From Takakia lepidozioides (Eukaryota; Plantae; Bryophyta): DNA of 64,000 bases. The position numbers and the translations under genes are program-made. The stretch is from NCBI GenBank assembly GCA_030704615.1, contig CM060731.1, positions 42,656,001-42,720,000 on the forward strand. Direction: 5' to 3'. The notes under the pieces are model-generated. The model saw only the letters and a list, made by a program, of their open reading frames with translations. It had not been told where the DNA came from and made no database searches. Below are positions 24,107 to 36,338 of this stretch, in pieces. How positions within the stretch are numbered: position 1 is the stretch's first letter; each line of letters opens with the position of its first letter.

Positions 24107-24539
24107 TTTTGCAATATCAAAGTGGCATTCTATGATTGTCTTTTGCAGGAGATCCTTTACCTTCAAGAAGGTAGAAATGCTTGCTGACTAAGTTATGAGA
24201 AGAACACAAACACCGTTACTGACTGCTTATGCCCATGGTTCTCGAGACAAAAGGGTTGGTACAGATAAAGGTGATTATACTTCAACCCAGAAAGAGTTGC
24301 GTGGTGACAAGGGCTGGAGAACAAAGAATCACAATCATTTTGCAATACTGAAGTGTCATTCTATGATCGTCTTCCGCAGGGGATCCTTCATCTTCGGAGG
24401 TAGAGATGATTGCTGACTCAGTTAAGAGAAGAACACCAACACCGTTACTGACTGTTAAGACCCATGTTTCTCGAGACAAAAGGGTCGGTACAGAGAATGG
24501 TGGTGATTATGCTTCAACCCAGAAAGAGTTGCATGGTGA
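24107..24539. repeat. ~230-bp tandem duplication upstream of the PPR gene
   Basis: TTGCAATA...CATTCTATGAT...GAGAAGAACAC...CCCAGAAAGAGTTGC.TGGTGAC at 24107-24308 and 24339-24539. Confidence 0.75.
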
Positions 24540-24715
24540 CTGAGCTTTAGTGGGCAGGCATGACATTCAAACCGTGGGAGTACTTTCGAGTACATAGTCA
24601 AATTTTCTTCTTCGCACAGACTACTTAGCACAGTACTTGACATAATAGATGTGATTAGCTTTCGGGATCCCTTGACTCCCTTTGTGATCTCTGCCTGCTC
24701 TTGAAGATGAAGACC

Positions 24716-26589
24716 ATGGCGCTTGCAAGGGGTGGTCAATACTTCGGTAGCATTGGCGAAAGGTATAATTCAAATTCTTCTCATGCAAAAATGCTTCTTC
24801 GGAAGTAACTAGAGCTTTCAGGTGCATCTGGTCTTGATAGTCGGCAGCTAAAAGTATTGAGTCATGCAGGGTAGAAGAATTGCAACACGCTGCGGGGCAT
24901 CACACTGGCAGTAGGAGGAGCACTTCGTCCATCGTCATTGCTTTTGGAAGAGGGACAAGAGAAGGAATAAACAAGAGCTCTTCTTGCACTCATTGGGATG
25001 TGAGGGCACTATGTAAGAAGGGACGACTGAAAGAGGCGCTGCACATGTTGAGCCAACATGACATTCAGGCCGACTCCGATACTTATATCTGTGTCTTGCG
25101 GGAGTGCATCAACGTGAAAGGCCTAGCAGAGGGAAAGCAGGTGCATGCCCACATTGTGCAAAGTAGATTGAAGCCAAACTACTCTCTACTCAACACCCTT
25201 GTCAACATGTATGCCAAATGCGGGAGCTTGGGGGATGCACGCCAAGTGTTTGACAAAATGCCTGAACGAGATGTGTTTACTTGGACCGCAATGATAGCAG
25301 GATATGCCAATCATGGGTGTGGTATGGAGGCTTTCAGGATCTATCAGCAAATGCAACGGGAAGGGGTAAAACCAAACAATGTCACGTTCATTTGCATTCT
25401 CAAGGCGTGTGCCAGCCTAGGAGCTGTAGAAAAGGGCAGACAAGTCCATGCTGACCTCATCAAAGCTGGAATTGCGATGGATATCATTCTGGAGACTGCC
25501 CTTACTGACATGTACGCCAAATGTGGAAGCCTAAGGGATGCACGGCAAGTGTTTGATGATATGGCTCACCGAAATGTGGTCTCATGGAATGCAATAATCA
25601 CAGGGTATGCTCAACACGGGTGTGGTAGAGAGGCGTTGGAGGTGTATGAACAAATGAAAGGGGAGGGGGTGATCTCTGACAAGGTCACCTTCATGTGCGT
25701 TCTCCATGCGTGCTCCAGCCTAGGAAACCTGGAAAAGGGGAAAGTGGTCCATGCTGACATCATGAAATCTGGATTACCGTCACACATAAAGTTGGAGAAT
25801 GCCCTTGTCAATATGTATGCCAAATGCGGGAGCATGAATGATGCACGTCAAGTGTTTGACAATATGGCTCAAAAAAATGTGGTCTCATGGTCCACTATGA
25901 TTGCAGGATGTGCTCGGCATGGCTGTGGTAGGGAGGCTTTGGAGGCGTATGAGCAAATGATAGAGGGAGGGGTGACCCCAGACAAGGTCACATTCATTTC
26001 TCTTCTCAATGCGTGTGCCAGCCTGGCAGCCCTGGAAAAAGGCAAAGAGGTGCATGCTGACATCATCACGGCTGGAATTGAGCAAGATATCATTCTGGAG
26101 ACTGCCCTCGTTGACATGTATGCTAAAAGTGGCAACATGAACAATGCATGTCAAGTGTTTGACAATATGGTTCACCGAGATGTGGTTTCATGGAGCTCGA
26201 TGATTGCAGGATATGCTCAGCATGGGTGTGGTGGGGAGGCCCTGCAACTGTTTGAACGAATGCAGCAGGAAGGGTTGAAGCCAGACGGTTTCACCTTCAT
26301 GTCTCTTCTCTCTGCATGTAGCAATGTGGGCTTAGTGGATGAAGGTTGCCACTACTTTGATTCCATGAGTCGAGATCATGGCTTCACTCCTAAAGTGGAA
26401 CATTTTGGCTGCATTGTCGACCTTCTTGGCCGTGCAGGGCGGTTGGATGAGGCAGAGGACATCATTTACAAAATGCCACTTGAACCAGGTGCTGCGGTGT
26501 GGAGGGCCCTGCTTGGTGCCTGCAGGATGCATGGCAATTTGGAGGTAGCAGAACGTGCGGCAAAATGTCTTCTCAAGTGGGATCCATAG
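24716..26589 (+). CDS. PLS-class PPR protein (14 motifs + E1, no E2/DYW), probable organellar RNA-binding/editing factor
   Basis: Uninterrupted ORF 24870-26589 with L-S-(P-L-S)3-P2-L2-S2-E1. The ORF-track start is TTG; a phase-compatible first exon 24716-24762 (MALARGGQYFGSIGER, GTATAA donor) spliced to the TGCAG acceptor at 24869 supplies an ATG (first exon inferred). Confidence 0.85.
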
Positions 26590-26774
26590 CGTGTCACAGT
26601 GCGTGTAGCTTATCAAGCTGGCGGGTCATGCTACTCCGCTTTTTGTTGTGTCTCTCTGCATCATGTATTATGCTCAGATGACTCTGGTGTTGTCGGAAGT
26701 GGGATTTATGCCATCACCTTCTCTTGCTTATGTCTCCTAGCTTGCAGAGCGTTGACTCTGTTGCAGATAAGTCA

Positions 26775-27155
26775 AGCGGACAGACAATGCACAATGTCTG
26801 TAGCAGCCCTGGTACATTGTCCGGGATATTCTCACCAGAGAGTGACTCTCCTCAGGAACATCAAGAACATAGTCCCTGCACCTCTGTTCACCAACTTTGA
26901 AGATCTTCAGGCTGACTAAAGCCATGGCTCTGTTGCGGTCTAATTGCTGGGCAGATCACACACATCAGGTTGATGCATGTGTAAGGGGCTTTCTAGAGGA
27001 TATCTGGAAAGCCCGAACTAATGGTCTATACCATGGCAAGCCCCACCACCGGAGTGAGCCCCTCACAGAGGAAAGTGTCTTTTCCATTTAGTTCTGCTCC
27101 AACTGGGTGCGGGGTCTATGGCCACATGCTCCGGCAGACAACGTGTTATGAGTAC
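26775..27155 (+). mobile_element. 5'-truncated copy of the LINE family at 55154-59993
   Basis: HCPGYSHQR...WADHTHQVDACVRGFLEDIWKART and terminal TTATGAGTACA match the full-length element. Confidence 0.85.
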
Positions 27156-27333
27156 ATTCTCTACCTATGGTTATGAGGGCAGTGCACTTGCTTGCCTACC
27201 AGGTAGGTGTTTTGGGTGTCCACAACTCTGAGCCAGCGTGACTGGAATACTCCTATTCATTTGCTACGATAGTGGTGGCAGTGTTGGTGATGTGGCTGGC
27301 CATTCACCAAAAGGTGGGAGTGTGAAATGGCAG

Positions 27334-28204
27334 GCAAGGGTGGGGGAGTCATTCAAGGGACTACCAGTGAGGTGGTGTTGGTAGTGATGCTGGAAGCCCG
27401 CAAGCGTGCTTGGAAAGAAGTGAGCAGCACCTATGCCATATCTGAGGCTGAAGCGCAGGGTAAGCTTGTCATCTACACTTTGGATCAAGGCCATTCATCT
27501 GTCCTGAAGGCCTGCAGGTAGACATCTCGCACAAGAATCAATGAATCCTCCCCAGGCTCTTAGTACCCCTCCCTGCTTCCTGTCCTGTATATAATCCTTC
27601 TTTCTGGTTGGAACTTAGTTGCCTGTTGTCTAACTTTTAGTTGTGATCGTGTACAGGTAGCTGACATCAACATGAACAATTTTTGACTGCTACGAACAGA
27701 TGCCTCTACAAACTATGCCTTGTCACCAGCAGTGTGTGCAAAAGCTATAGTGGCTGATGTTGCAGCTGGCCCTGTGCCATGCTTTCTCACTGCACCGGTA
27801 CCAAACATCTAAACGTCTTCTGAATTCAACTTGGTATGTGGGTCTGGATTGTCCTTCTTTTCAGTAGAGGACAGGGATTCTGGCTGCTTGTCTTTTAGGA
27901 GTATCCACTTATGACAGGACCGATATGTTTTCTTTCTGGTCCCTTTGTGAGTATTGACCTGCTAGTGATCTTAGCACCACGAAGTGCATTTCGCTGTGGA
28001 TGGCCCCTATTGCTGCACAACAATAAACCGCTATAGCAGAAGATGTGTGAGGCAAGTGTATCTATTGTAGAGTTACAAATTTCTAGCTTTCATAGTTTGA
28101 TGCTTGGATCATTTGTTTGACTAGCTTGTGTGCCTGATGGGGCTGGTGTATTTGCAGGTTGGAACCACGCCGACCCCTTATCAGAACTGGTGGACATTGC
28201 TGAG
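27334..28204 (+). pseudogene. internal 3-exon fragment of an aromatic L-amino acid (tyrosine) decarboxylase gene
   Basis: Exons 27334-27517 (GGGVIQGTTSEVVLVVM...KLVIYTLDQGHSSVLKAC), 27657-27797 (TDASTNYALSP...AGPVPCFL, in-frame TGA) and 28158-28204 (VGTT..DPL) are group II PLP-decarboxylase motifs. Confidence 0.8.
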
Positions 28205-30314
28205 GTATGTCATGTTTCTTTTCAATGAACTATTTATTCACTAAGTTGCTGCAGTTCAAACTGCTATGGAATCACCATCCATTGAGCCATGCCATAAGCT
28301 GAGATACTCCAAAACACTTCCCTTCTTTCCATCTTATATTCGATACCACCGTGTTGCAGTTAAATGCTGTGTCAAAGCCTTGAGGGAGCTCGTCAAGTCA
28401 CTTGACATGAGAGAGAATGCAGGACAGGGAGGAATGGACTTTTTGGACTTTCTGGAAATGAAAAATATATGGAACCACCTTCTTTTAACAATCACAACCC
28501 AGTGCAGGATTTGCGATTCGAACCCGAGACCACGCAACTTTCATTAAACATACCCAACTTACTGGATTATCTCTTCTCATGTGAGTCTAGTGTGTTCCAA
28601 TTAATGAGAGGAGCCTTTTTTAAAGGAAGGGGGAGCAGATTTTACCCCGCCCGGAAAGTTAGTAGGATTTGAACCCAGAATCACCTGGGTGGCACTCTCG
28701 TATGAGCTGGGTTAACAGTACAGAGGTTTGAATGGATGAGACTGGATCGTAAGTGCTTTTGGTGGATGGAATGGATATATCGAAAAGTAGTGGATGGATG
28801 AAGTATGTTCAATCAAGGACATGTAAAGTCGTTACTAAGCCGCCACCCGCGCCGCTCCTTCTTCCCTAGGGTTAGGGTTTACTATAAGTCTGTGTGTCCG
28901 CCATTCTTTGGTCTATTTGTGTTTCCTCTCTTCCTACCTCTTCTGGCTTTGTAGCTGCTTCCCCTGTCTCAACTTGTTGTCTTATACTATGTTATGCCTT
29001 GTCGTTCCCTTCTGGTTGTCTGTTTACAATGGTGTGCATCTGAAGGGTTCTGTGTTTTTGTTATTTCCAGTCAGTTTGATTCTCGCGTAACCTGAGGACG
29101 GCAGGGATGATGATACGATTAGATGTGGGAGATGGTGTATGCCGTCGCTGACCTTAAAACGATTGAGGCATAATCCATTCTACTCTGACCTGCCTCGCTC
29201 TTGGCTGCCGAACTGGTTGCAAATCAAGCATAGACTGTTTGCAACAAGTAGAATCCGCTTTAGGGTTGCATGTTTCGCTTGGTTTTGTGAGGGGAGATCT
29301 TAAGGTCAGATGATGAAGACAATACTGCAACAAAATGAGGGCATGCCCTTTGATTACTGATATTTAAGTCTCTGATGACTTTCCAACTGACCTGTCCGGC
29401 TGCTTGTCTTTTGCTTGAACCTTCTACAGCGTGCGATGATTTGAAAAATATTCCTCGTTCTGAATGCTGAGGCATGAAAGACTATTCCTACACCCATAGA
29501 ATATGAGCACGTTTTGGACGCCCTGCCTGTTGCGGGTGTTACTGCCATGGATCTTGTTATGTCAAAGGGGTTGCCAGTGTCATCAGCAACAAGACATGGT
29601 GCTGGGTGAATATGATGAATGCATTGGTCCGTGTTTCTGAGTAGCTGAAAGGCCACATGAAGTGAACACACTGCATTTTGCCTTCTGATTCATTCACCAC
29701 CATGGTTGGTGCTGCTTGTTAACACGGAAGGTTCTCTGGTCTTGTTTTATGTCGAATCGAAGCAGTAGTAGCTCTGATGTCTAATCCTGGAATGGAAAAC
29801 TTGTCTTTCCGGGAATGCTGGGGCCTAAAAGTTTGACTCTTCAGCTGAAACTGGTGCTCCAGAGATGAATTCGGTACCCTACATAGAAGGATCCTCATCA
29901 CTTTATCAGTGGCATGTATTCTCCTGCTTCTGATCATTCGAGGATGTGACATAGCACGTGGCCTGCTTCAACCACTCTACATTGTACAAGGCTCTATGAA
30001 CTATCTAACTTCTGACAGGAAGCTTGCACTCGCTAATTTCTGGGCATTCCTGATAACAAGGCTGGTGGCGCACATTGGCTCCTGTGTCCTCTTTCTTGGC
30101 CTTTGTCGATCAGCACTTTCTGGTTCAGAAGGATATCAAAAGGCACTTGGAACTTCTTCAATATCTCTGCAAGTACAAACTCGTCCAGCACCAGTTTGTG
30201 CATGCATGGATATGATTTTACTGATTGTTGAAAGTTGGCTGTCAGCTTTAGTATTCCAAATTTCCAAGTCATAGCCTTCTGACATCAGAGAGTTTCAAGT
30301 CTTTACATAGAGTT

Positions 30315-31330
30315 GCAGCCTGGCTAGTAACACTCTGAATGCCTCTCCTTGGACATGGCACTGGCTTGGGAGCTTCATGATGCCAGCCATGATGTCCCTG
30401 CAAGGACCAGCTCTACATGTGACTGAAGCAGATTCACTAAAAATCTACGGGTATATGCAGTGCTGGAAAACAAATCCAGAAATTCTATTGAGGTAAGTTT
30501 TCAGAAAGCAGTAAGTATACTACTGGGTATGACTATTTGATGCATCTATGCATGTGCGCTTCAATTGGTCAGTAGAGCAGCCTCTTGCAGTAACTGGTAG
30601 CGCTCCTGACTTTTGATGAACGGGTTTTGAGTACCAAGTTTCAGTACATTCTTGGCTAGGGTGACAGCAGCATCCTGGTAGAGCAGAAGACCAGACCAGA
30701 GATGGCTTTCCTTCCCCACTTGGATAAGGATATCTGAGTACGGGTACAAGCAGCCTTTAACGACGCAGCATTAATCTTAAAACTTATTGTCCGAAGACTG
30801 CAATATACCGAAAAAGGAGCCTCTGGTCAATGAACCATTGAACCATATTTCAAGACAAACATTGTTGAGTCAGAACGTCAGAACCTGAAGGCATGAGTGA
30901 GGATAGTTAATGGTACTAGGGCATGGTCGATTTGCGAATTTTTGCCTCTATTACAGTCAACTTTATGCACCTTACAGCCCAATGCAACTCTATATCTCAT
31001 GGTCAATTCTATCAGAGTCTACCTCAAGTTGGGAGATGGGAAGTAATCACTTCCTTGACAACAAAGCACAACCACCAGATTGCAAGCACGGCAAGCAGAT
31101 TATTCAAACTTACGTAGCTTGTACCTACAGAGCGAAAGCAGTCTAGTGACTCCATTTACAGGAAACAACGTGTGGCCCAAAGGCAAAGGGTGGAAAGGGA
31201 AGAGAGGAAACGCTCATCTGAAAGCTGATTGTGAAGAAAGCTGATTGTGAAAAGTACCTCCCCGTGCAAACAAAAAATTGTCCTTTGCTGGGGCATAATC
31301 TGCAATAATTCAAATGAGTAAACTTGATAG
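30315..31330 (-). pseudogene. intron-containing duplicate of MER3 exons 7-9 (source ~17518-18595)
   Basis: DILIQVGK...[38 protein letters not shown] plus conserved intron sequence, with indels. Confidence 0.9.
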
Positions 31331-31466
31331 TCAAAACCAGAGAACCAGAATAACATGCTCATTTTTGGATCGGTGGATTGAACCACAACAACTTTTGAGG
31401 TGGTATGTGCCCATTGGCCTACAACTTGTTTGTTGAGATGCTACAACCTTGAGTGGTGGGGGCTCT

Positions 31467-32615
31467 TGGAGTGGCCCCGCCCCTCGGCACTAAGTCCCAA
31501 GCCATTTCAGGATGGGCCGGGCTCCCGTGCTCATGCCCAGGCTGGCTTGTTCGTGGCTCCATGCCACGTCGGCTCCTCCTGATCGCTGCCCTGCCTTCTA
31601 GCTTGCTCCCTGCCACGTCGCAAAGTAGCTAGATTAGATCTAGATAGCAAACGAGACACCGTAATCACAACTTTGGGCTTAAGCATAGCCCGCGAGGAAA
31701 AATGATAAGTAGTTTCTGCCATCCGAGCTGCCATCTAGACTGGGTTGTTGGGTGAAGCAAGTCTGCTTGCAAGCAGGGTGCAGGCAGTTGGAACCACTCG
31801 TAGTTGCAACCCATCAAAGTTCAAGCTGTACATGGCCTTGGGAGTTAGCCCTCGGGATCAAGCTTGTCAAATAAGGTAATCGACGAGTCCGCTGCAGGTA
31901 TCAATGAGATGAAAACACTGGTCAACAGAGGATGCAGAAGGGACGGGACGGTTGGACCTCGGCTGGTATGATCGTGTCGATCTAATTCCTGGAGAGTGCA
32001 TGTCGAATTCGGGGCCCATTACCCTTTCTCGTCCAAGTCCAGACTCCAGACATCTTGAACATGAGGTCAATGGACTAACAGAGACGTCCAGATTCATAGT
32101 GCACAGTTTCTGAAGTGGGAGCTGCTGATAGCTTCACGTCCATCCTGCACGTCTGACTTATCACACTCCCTAACTCGGAAAAGTAGTAAAACTCTCTAAA
32201 GCTGGTCTTCCTCCAGATCTTGGTGACATATCGTTCCGACTAACCGGTCGAAGAAATGACTTCATGCTCTTGAAAATGAGTCCTTCAGAATAAAATGCTT
32301 ATAGATCCACCGGATAACGGGTTCTTCTTCAAGCCAGTGCGTTGGCTTCCATCATTGCCTCCTTATGGGAAACTGGGACCCAGACAACAGTAACCTCCTG
32401 CACTAGTAACTTGCTCCAATATGATCGCCCTGGTGTTGGGGCGTCGACATCAAGCGGAGCCCGCGGGCCAGCAAGAGCGCATGGGAGCGCGTCGGAGGAG
32501 CTGACCTGGCAGCGGGGCCAGCCAGCAGCCCAGACCGGGCATGAGGACGGGAGCTCGGCCCGCGTCACTATCCTGAAATGGCTTGGGACTTAGTGCCGAG
32601 GGTGGGCCCTCCTCT
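31467..32615. mobile_element. non-autonomous TIR element (~110-bp GC-rich TIRs) with a non-transposase interior
   Basis: CCCTCGGCACTAAGTCCCAAGCCATTTCAGGAT...GCTCCCGT.CTCATGCCC at the left and its reverse complement at ~32490-32610. Confidence 0.75.
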
Positions 32616-33183
32616 ACTTCTAGAGCTTTCCAAAAGCAGGATGAGGCGGTGACCTCTTTCTAGAAGGCTCCACCGCCTCCTTAAGAGAGTATATAAGGTA
32701 AAAACACCCAAAAGTGTGCATTTAAGCAGTATGACTCATACAAATGGTGCAGCAAGGAGAGAGTTATATTGTTGAATTAGCAATATGACAAACAGGGCCT
32801 CATATGAATTCCATAATTTGTGATGGAAGTGGTCAATTGATATGAATTATCAAAAGTGGCGGTACATAACCTTAAAGAGGGTAAGGGGTACACATTTTAC
32901 AAGGTTTCTTCCCTTTGGTGGGCTCCACAAGCAGGGCCCTTAGAAAATTAAAATTTGGAACCTGAACCATCCTCAAATAAATAGAAGTGCTACATAGTAC
33001 GAAACTAGTGTTTGGAGACATTTTGAAAAAACCAAATGCGAAGCAGGAGGAGAAGAACTAGTATGTGTGGAGAGGCTGCTCTCACGGTCTCTACGCAACT
33101 ACAAGGTAAGTATCGAATTTTATTTTTTCTAAAAATATTGTATATACATATATTTATTAAAATTAAAACCTGGACCCTTAGAC

Positions 33184-33578
33184 CAGTGTTGGTCTGGTAT
33201 CAGGTTTAGGACATACCAGACTGGTCTATATAATGGTGGATGTATTTTTCCCCAGATATTGGTATGGGTATGAGTATCATGACCACAATACCAGCTGGTA
33301 TGAGATCAATTTTGGTATCATTCCAAAGCCATCTTGACTTACAAGTTTATCACATGATATCAAGTGAAAAAAAATACAATAAACATAAAGTAAATATAAA
33401 TAAGTACATGTATGTACACATAAATTAGTATAGTACACATACCAGAAGAAAGATGGCAGGGGGGTACTGGTATTGTGGCTGGTATGAGAAAACAAATACC
33501 AGCCTGGTCTGGTCCCTGGTACCAGAGTTGATACTGGCGTTGATACTCGGGTCTGATACCCATACCAGACCAACACTG
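33184..33578. mobile_element. hAT-type MITE
   Basis: TIR CAGTGTTGGTCTGGTAT / ATACCAGACCAACACTG; internal GGTAT/ATACC subterminal repeats; near-8-bp TSD CCTTAGAC/CTTAGTAC. Confidence 0.8.
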
Positions 33579-34454
33579 CTTAGTACCCCCTACACTGGCC
33601 TGTGAGTATAACGGGTTCTGGACCTAGCAGGCGGGGTTGGTTTCGGTGGCTCCCCGTCCATTTTAGAAATGAACCCGGGTCAGAGTCCCGGTTTATGGTG
33701 ATGACACGAGTGCAGATAACCAGGACCCTAACCCGCCGGGTGTTTTAAAAAAAAAAAAACCCCTCTCGGGTACTGAGATCCAAACCCGGAACTGCACAAC
33801 ACTGTCAAGACCACCTCGAGGCTTTCAAAGGATTAAATTTTCGCTGATCTTCATCCCTTCAGGACTTAGCTTCCCTTCTACTATGCTTCAATCTTTTTGC
33901 TGTCTTGTCGTCTCCTTGGTTTCATTATTTCAGGGGTGCTTCTCACATGCCTGGCTCTTGTTCCCTCCTGGGAGGGGTATGGGCAGTTCATTCACTGACT
34001 AAGGTATGTGTTGGCCCGGGAGTTTTAATTCTTTTCCCCCATAATATTTCCAAATAAACTCTCTGTCCCATGTTATTTAAATTTTTAAAACAATATATGT
34101 GCAATAATAGGGTCCCAGACTCATCCAATGATTTGAAGACACATGTGGGAGCCTTAAACGTTACGCTTGGGCCGCCGAGGTTGGCCCAAGGGGCCTCTTT
34201 TTTTTTAATTTATTTCTAAAAATATCCCTTATCTCGTCTAACCCTAAGATTGCAGTCAATTGTTGATGCAGGAGCCTTTTTATTTTGCATAAAGCACCGT
34301 TCAGATTTTTCCTTTGTTATTTGACGCCCCTCTCGATGCAAAAAATAGGCTCCAGCATCGGACGCATCTTACGAATCATGTAAGATCCTCCCAGGTTGGT
34401 CGCATCTTACGCTTTGTAATCCTGCCAGGAAAAATCTGGACAGTGCTTCACAAA

Positions 34455-34550
34455 AGGGAAGGCCCCAGCCCGAGGGCATTTCCGCGGTTTTAACGCCCTC
34501 GGCAGCCAACCCTCAAATCGCAGGAATGCCCTCGGGCTGGGGCCTTCCCT
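34455..34550. repeat. perfect 26-bp inverted repeat (mini-MITE or hairpin)
   Basis: AGGGAAGGCCCCAGCCCGAGGGCATT at 34455-34480 and its exact reverse complement at 34525-34550. Confidence 0.8.
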
Positions 34551-34818
34551 ATCACATCTTTTCAATACCGACACTTAGGCGGCGCGTCAATATGCAACTT
34601 TTGAGGCGCCGCCACATTAAAGCCCACAAATTGAGTGTTATTCAAGCAAGTCCAACTTATAGCCTAACAAAACAGCACCCCACAAGAAAAGCCCACAAAT
34701 GAATGTTATTCAAGCAAGCAAATTTTTATTTTTTTTCCTCCTAAATGAATGCTATTCAAGCAAGTCAGGTATCTTCTTGACAGCCACCAAACAAGAAAAA
34801 GTCCACAAATGAATGTTA

Positions 34819-35896
34819 GAGTCGGCCCTCCATATGTGTTTATATTTGGGAGTAAGAAAAACTGTTACACTTAAAAGGATTGTAACACTTTAATAGATAC
34901 AAATTTAGGATCAATCAAAAGTAACATTTATAAAGTTCACTCTTACATGGGGAGCCCTAAAAAAGTTCACGTTAATAGAACTACGAGAAAGGAAAAATCG
35001 CCATCACGGCTGATGATCTACAGGCTGTGAAGGTTGGAAGAAAGATTGTATGAGGGTCTGATGTGAATGTGACATTCTAATATCTCTACACCATTTGCAA
35101 ATTTCTCTAACTTGTCAACCAAGTGCATAACATCTGTCGACCTCTCCTGCAAGAAATGATGCAATGTTTCAAGCGCAACCTGTGCATCTTTAAAACCTAT
35201 TGGGGTTACACTTTGATCGGAAACTATGCAGCTCATTTATTATTAAGCTCCTAAATTATTAAGCTCCTTTATATATGTCCACGTGAGTTGATCATAGACT
35301 TAACTTGAGTGGATAAGAGCACTTTAATACGTACACATCAATATATGAATCGAGACGTTTGTTTTGTTTTGTTTTGTTTTGTTTTGTTTTGTTTGTTTTG
35401 TTTTGTAGATTTGAGATGTCCCAAACCGCGAGGCCCCAGTCCTTGTGCTTGGTACCGTTGGAAAGCCCTCGACAAGGAGGGGTGCACAGGCTTGGTCTCA
35501 TGATTTTTGGACATGCGGTGTGGGAGATGTGGAATTTCAAGTACTTTGGGTCGCTGGAAATTCGGGAAAAATAGTTGGAGCCTCAACATGAGAGAGATAA
35601 AGGGAAAGGTCTCCGGTTCAAATCTGGTTGTAGGCTGTGTGGAAAAAAGATGCATTTGGACAATGACATTGGACCCTTGGGCCAACAGCAGAGGCTACCC
35701 CTCGACATAGGAGACACACTTGCATACATAGGAGATTGCACTTGGGCTTAGATGACACTTGACACTTGGGAGTAATCAGTGTTTAATAGTTAAACACTTA
35801 ACGCTTGCTTAGTTCACGCAAGTAGGGAGTAAGAATTATGCTAACACATATAATTTTTTAACGCTTATGGAAGTCACAGATATGGAGGGCCGACTG
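34819..35896 (-). mobile_element. deleted pogo/Tigger-like Tc1/mariner element
   Basis: TIRs (C/G)AGTCGGCCCTCCATAT flanked by TA on both sides; transposase C-terminal remnant ALETLHHFL and frameshifted QTLIQSFFQ (PIP-box-like). Confidence 0.75.
35338..35825 (+). mobile_element. non-autonomous Helitron-like repeat nested in the pogo element
   Basis: Begins TCAATATATGAATC followed by (GTTTT)n and GGAAAGCCCTCGACAAGGAGGGGTGCAC, resembling repeats recalled from moss genomes; the 3' CTRR end is not clear. Confidence 0.45.
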
Positions 35897-36338
35897 TATT
35901 TCAGCAAGTCCAAGCTATCTTCTTGATAACTTATCAAAGCCGCACTGCATAAGAAAGCAAGTCAAGTTATTTTCCTGATACTTATCAAATACTAGCCACC
36001 ACACAAGAAAAACCCCATAATTGAATTATTGAATGTTACTGAAGCCAGTCAAGCCACCCAAAAATGAAAGGGAATATACGCACAATGATCATACCATAAA
36101 ACAAATCCTCGGATTCTCCGTCATGGTTTACGGTTCAGGCCTTCGGGCCTATAAAGGTTTTATTTATTTTTCCCTTCAATAATTTAAATAAAGCTAAGTT
36201 AATGCTTCCTCCCCTTTCCTCAAAAATAAATAAAAAATAGATTGATAATAAAAAATAAATAAATAAAACCTATTTCAAATATAGGGGGAATGTTTTTGGC
36301 TTGTATGTTTTAGGCGAGTATTGGTGGTGCAGCTGAAA

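Larger units (their letters stand above)
34620..36060. repeat. degenerate ~70-bp tandem repeat interrupted by the pogo-like element
   Basis: CCACAAATGAATGTTATTCAAGCAAGTC-like units at 34620-34818 and 35897-36060. Confidence 0.6.

Noticed and set aside
28490-28700. tRNA genes suggested by GGTTCGAATC/GGTTCAAATC on the minus strand
   Set aside because: Only B-box-like fragments and no cloverleaf; at most SINE remnants.
29080-30300. Possible F-box/LRR pseudogene after a telo-box (TAGGGTTAGGGTTT, ~28867)
   Set aside because: Only weak motif hints (ACPLITDI); the telomere-like motif is two units long, a promoter telo-box at most.
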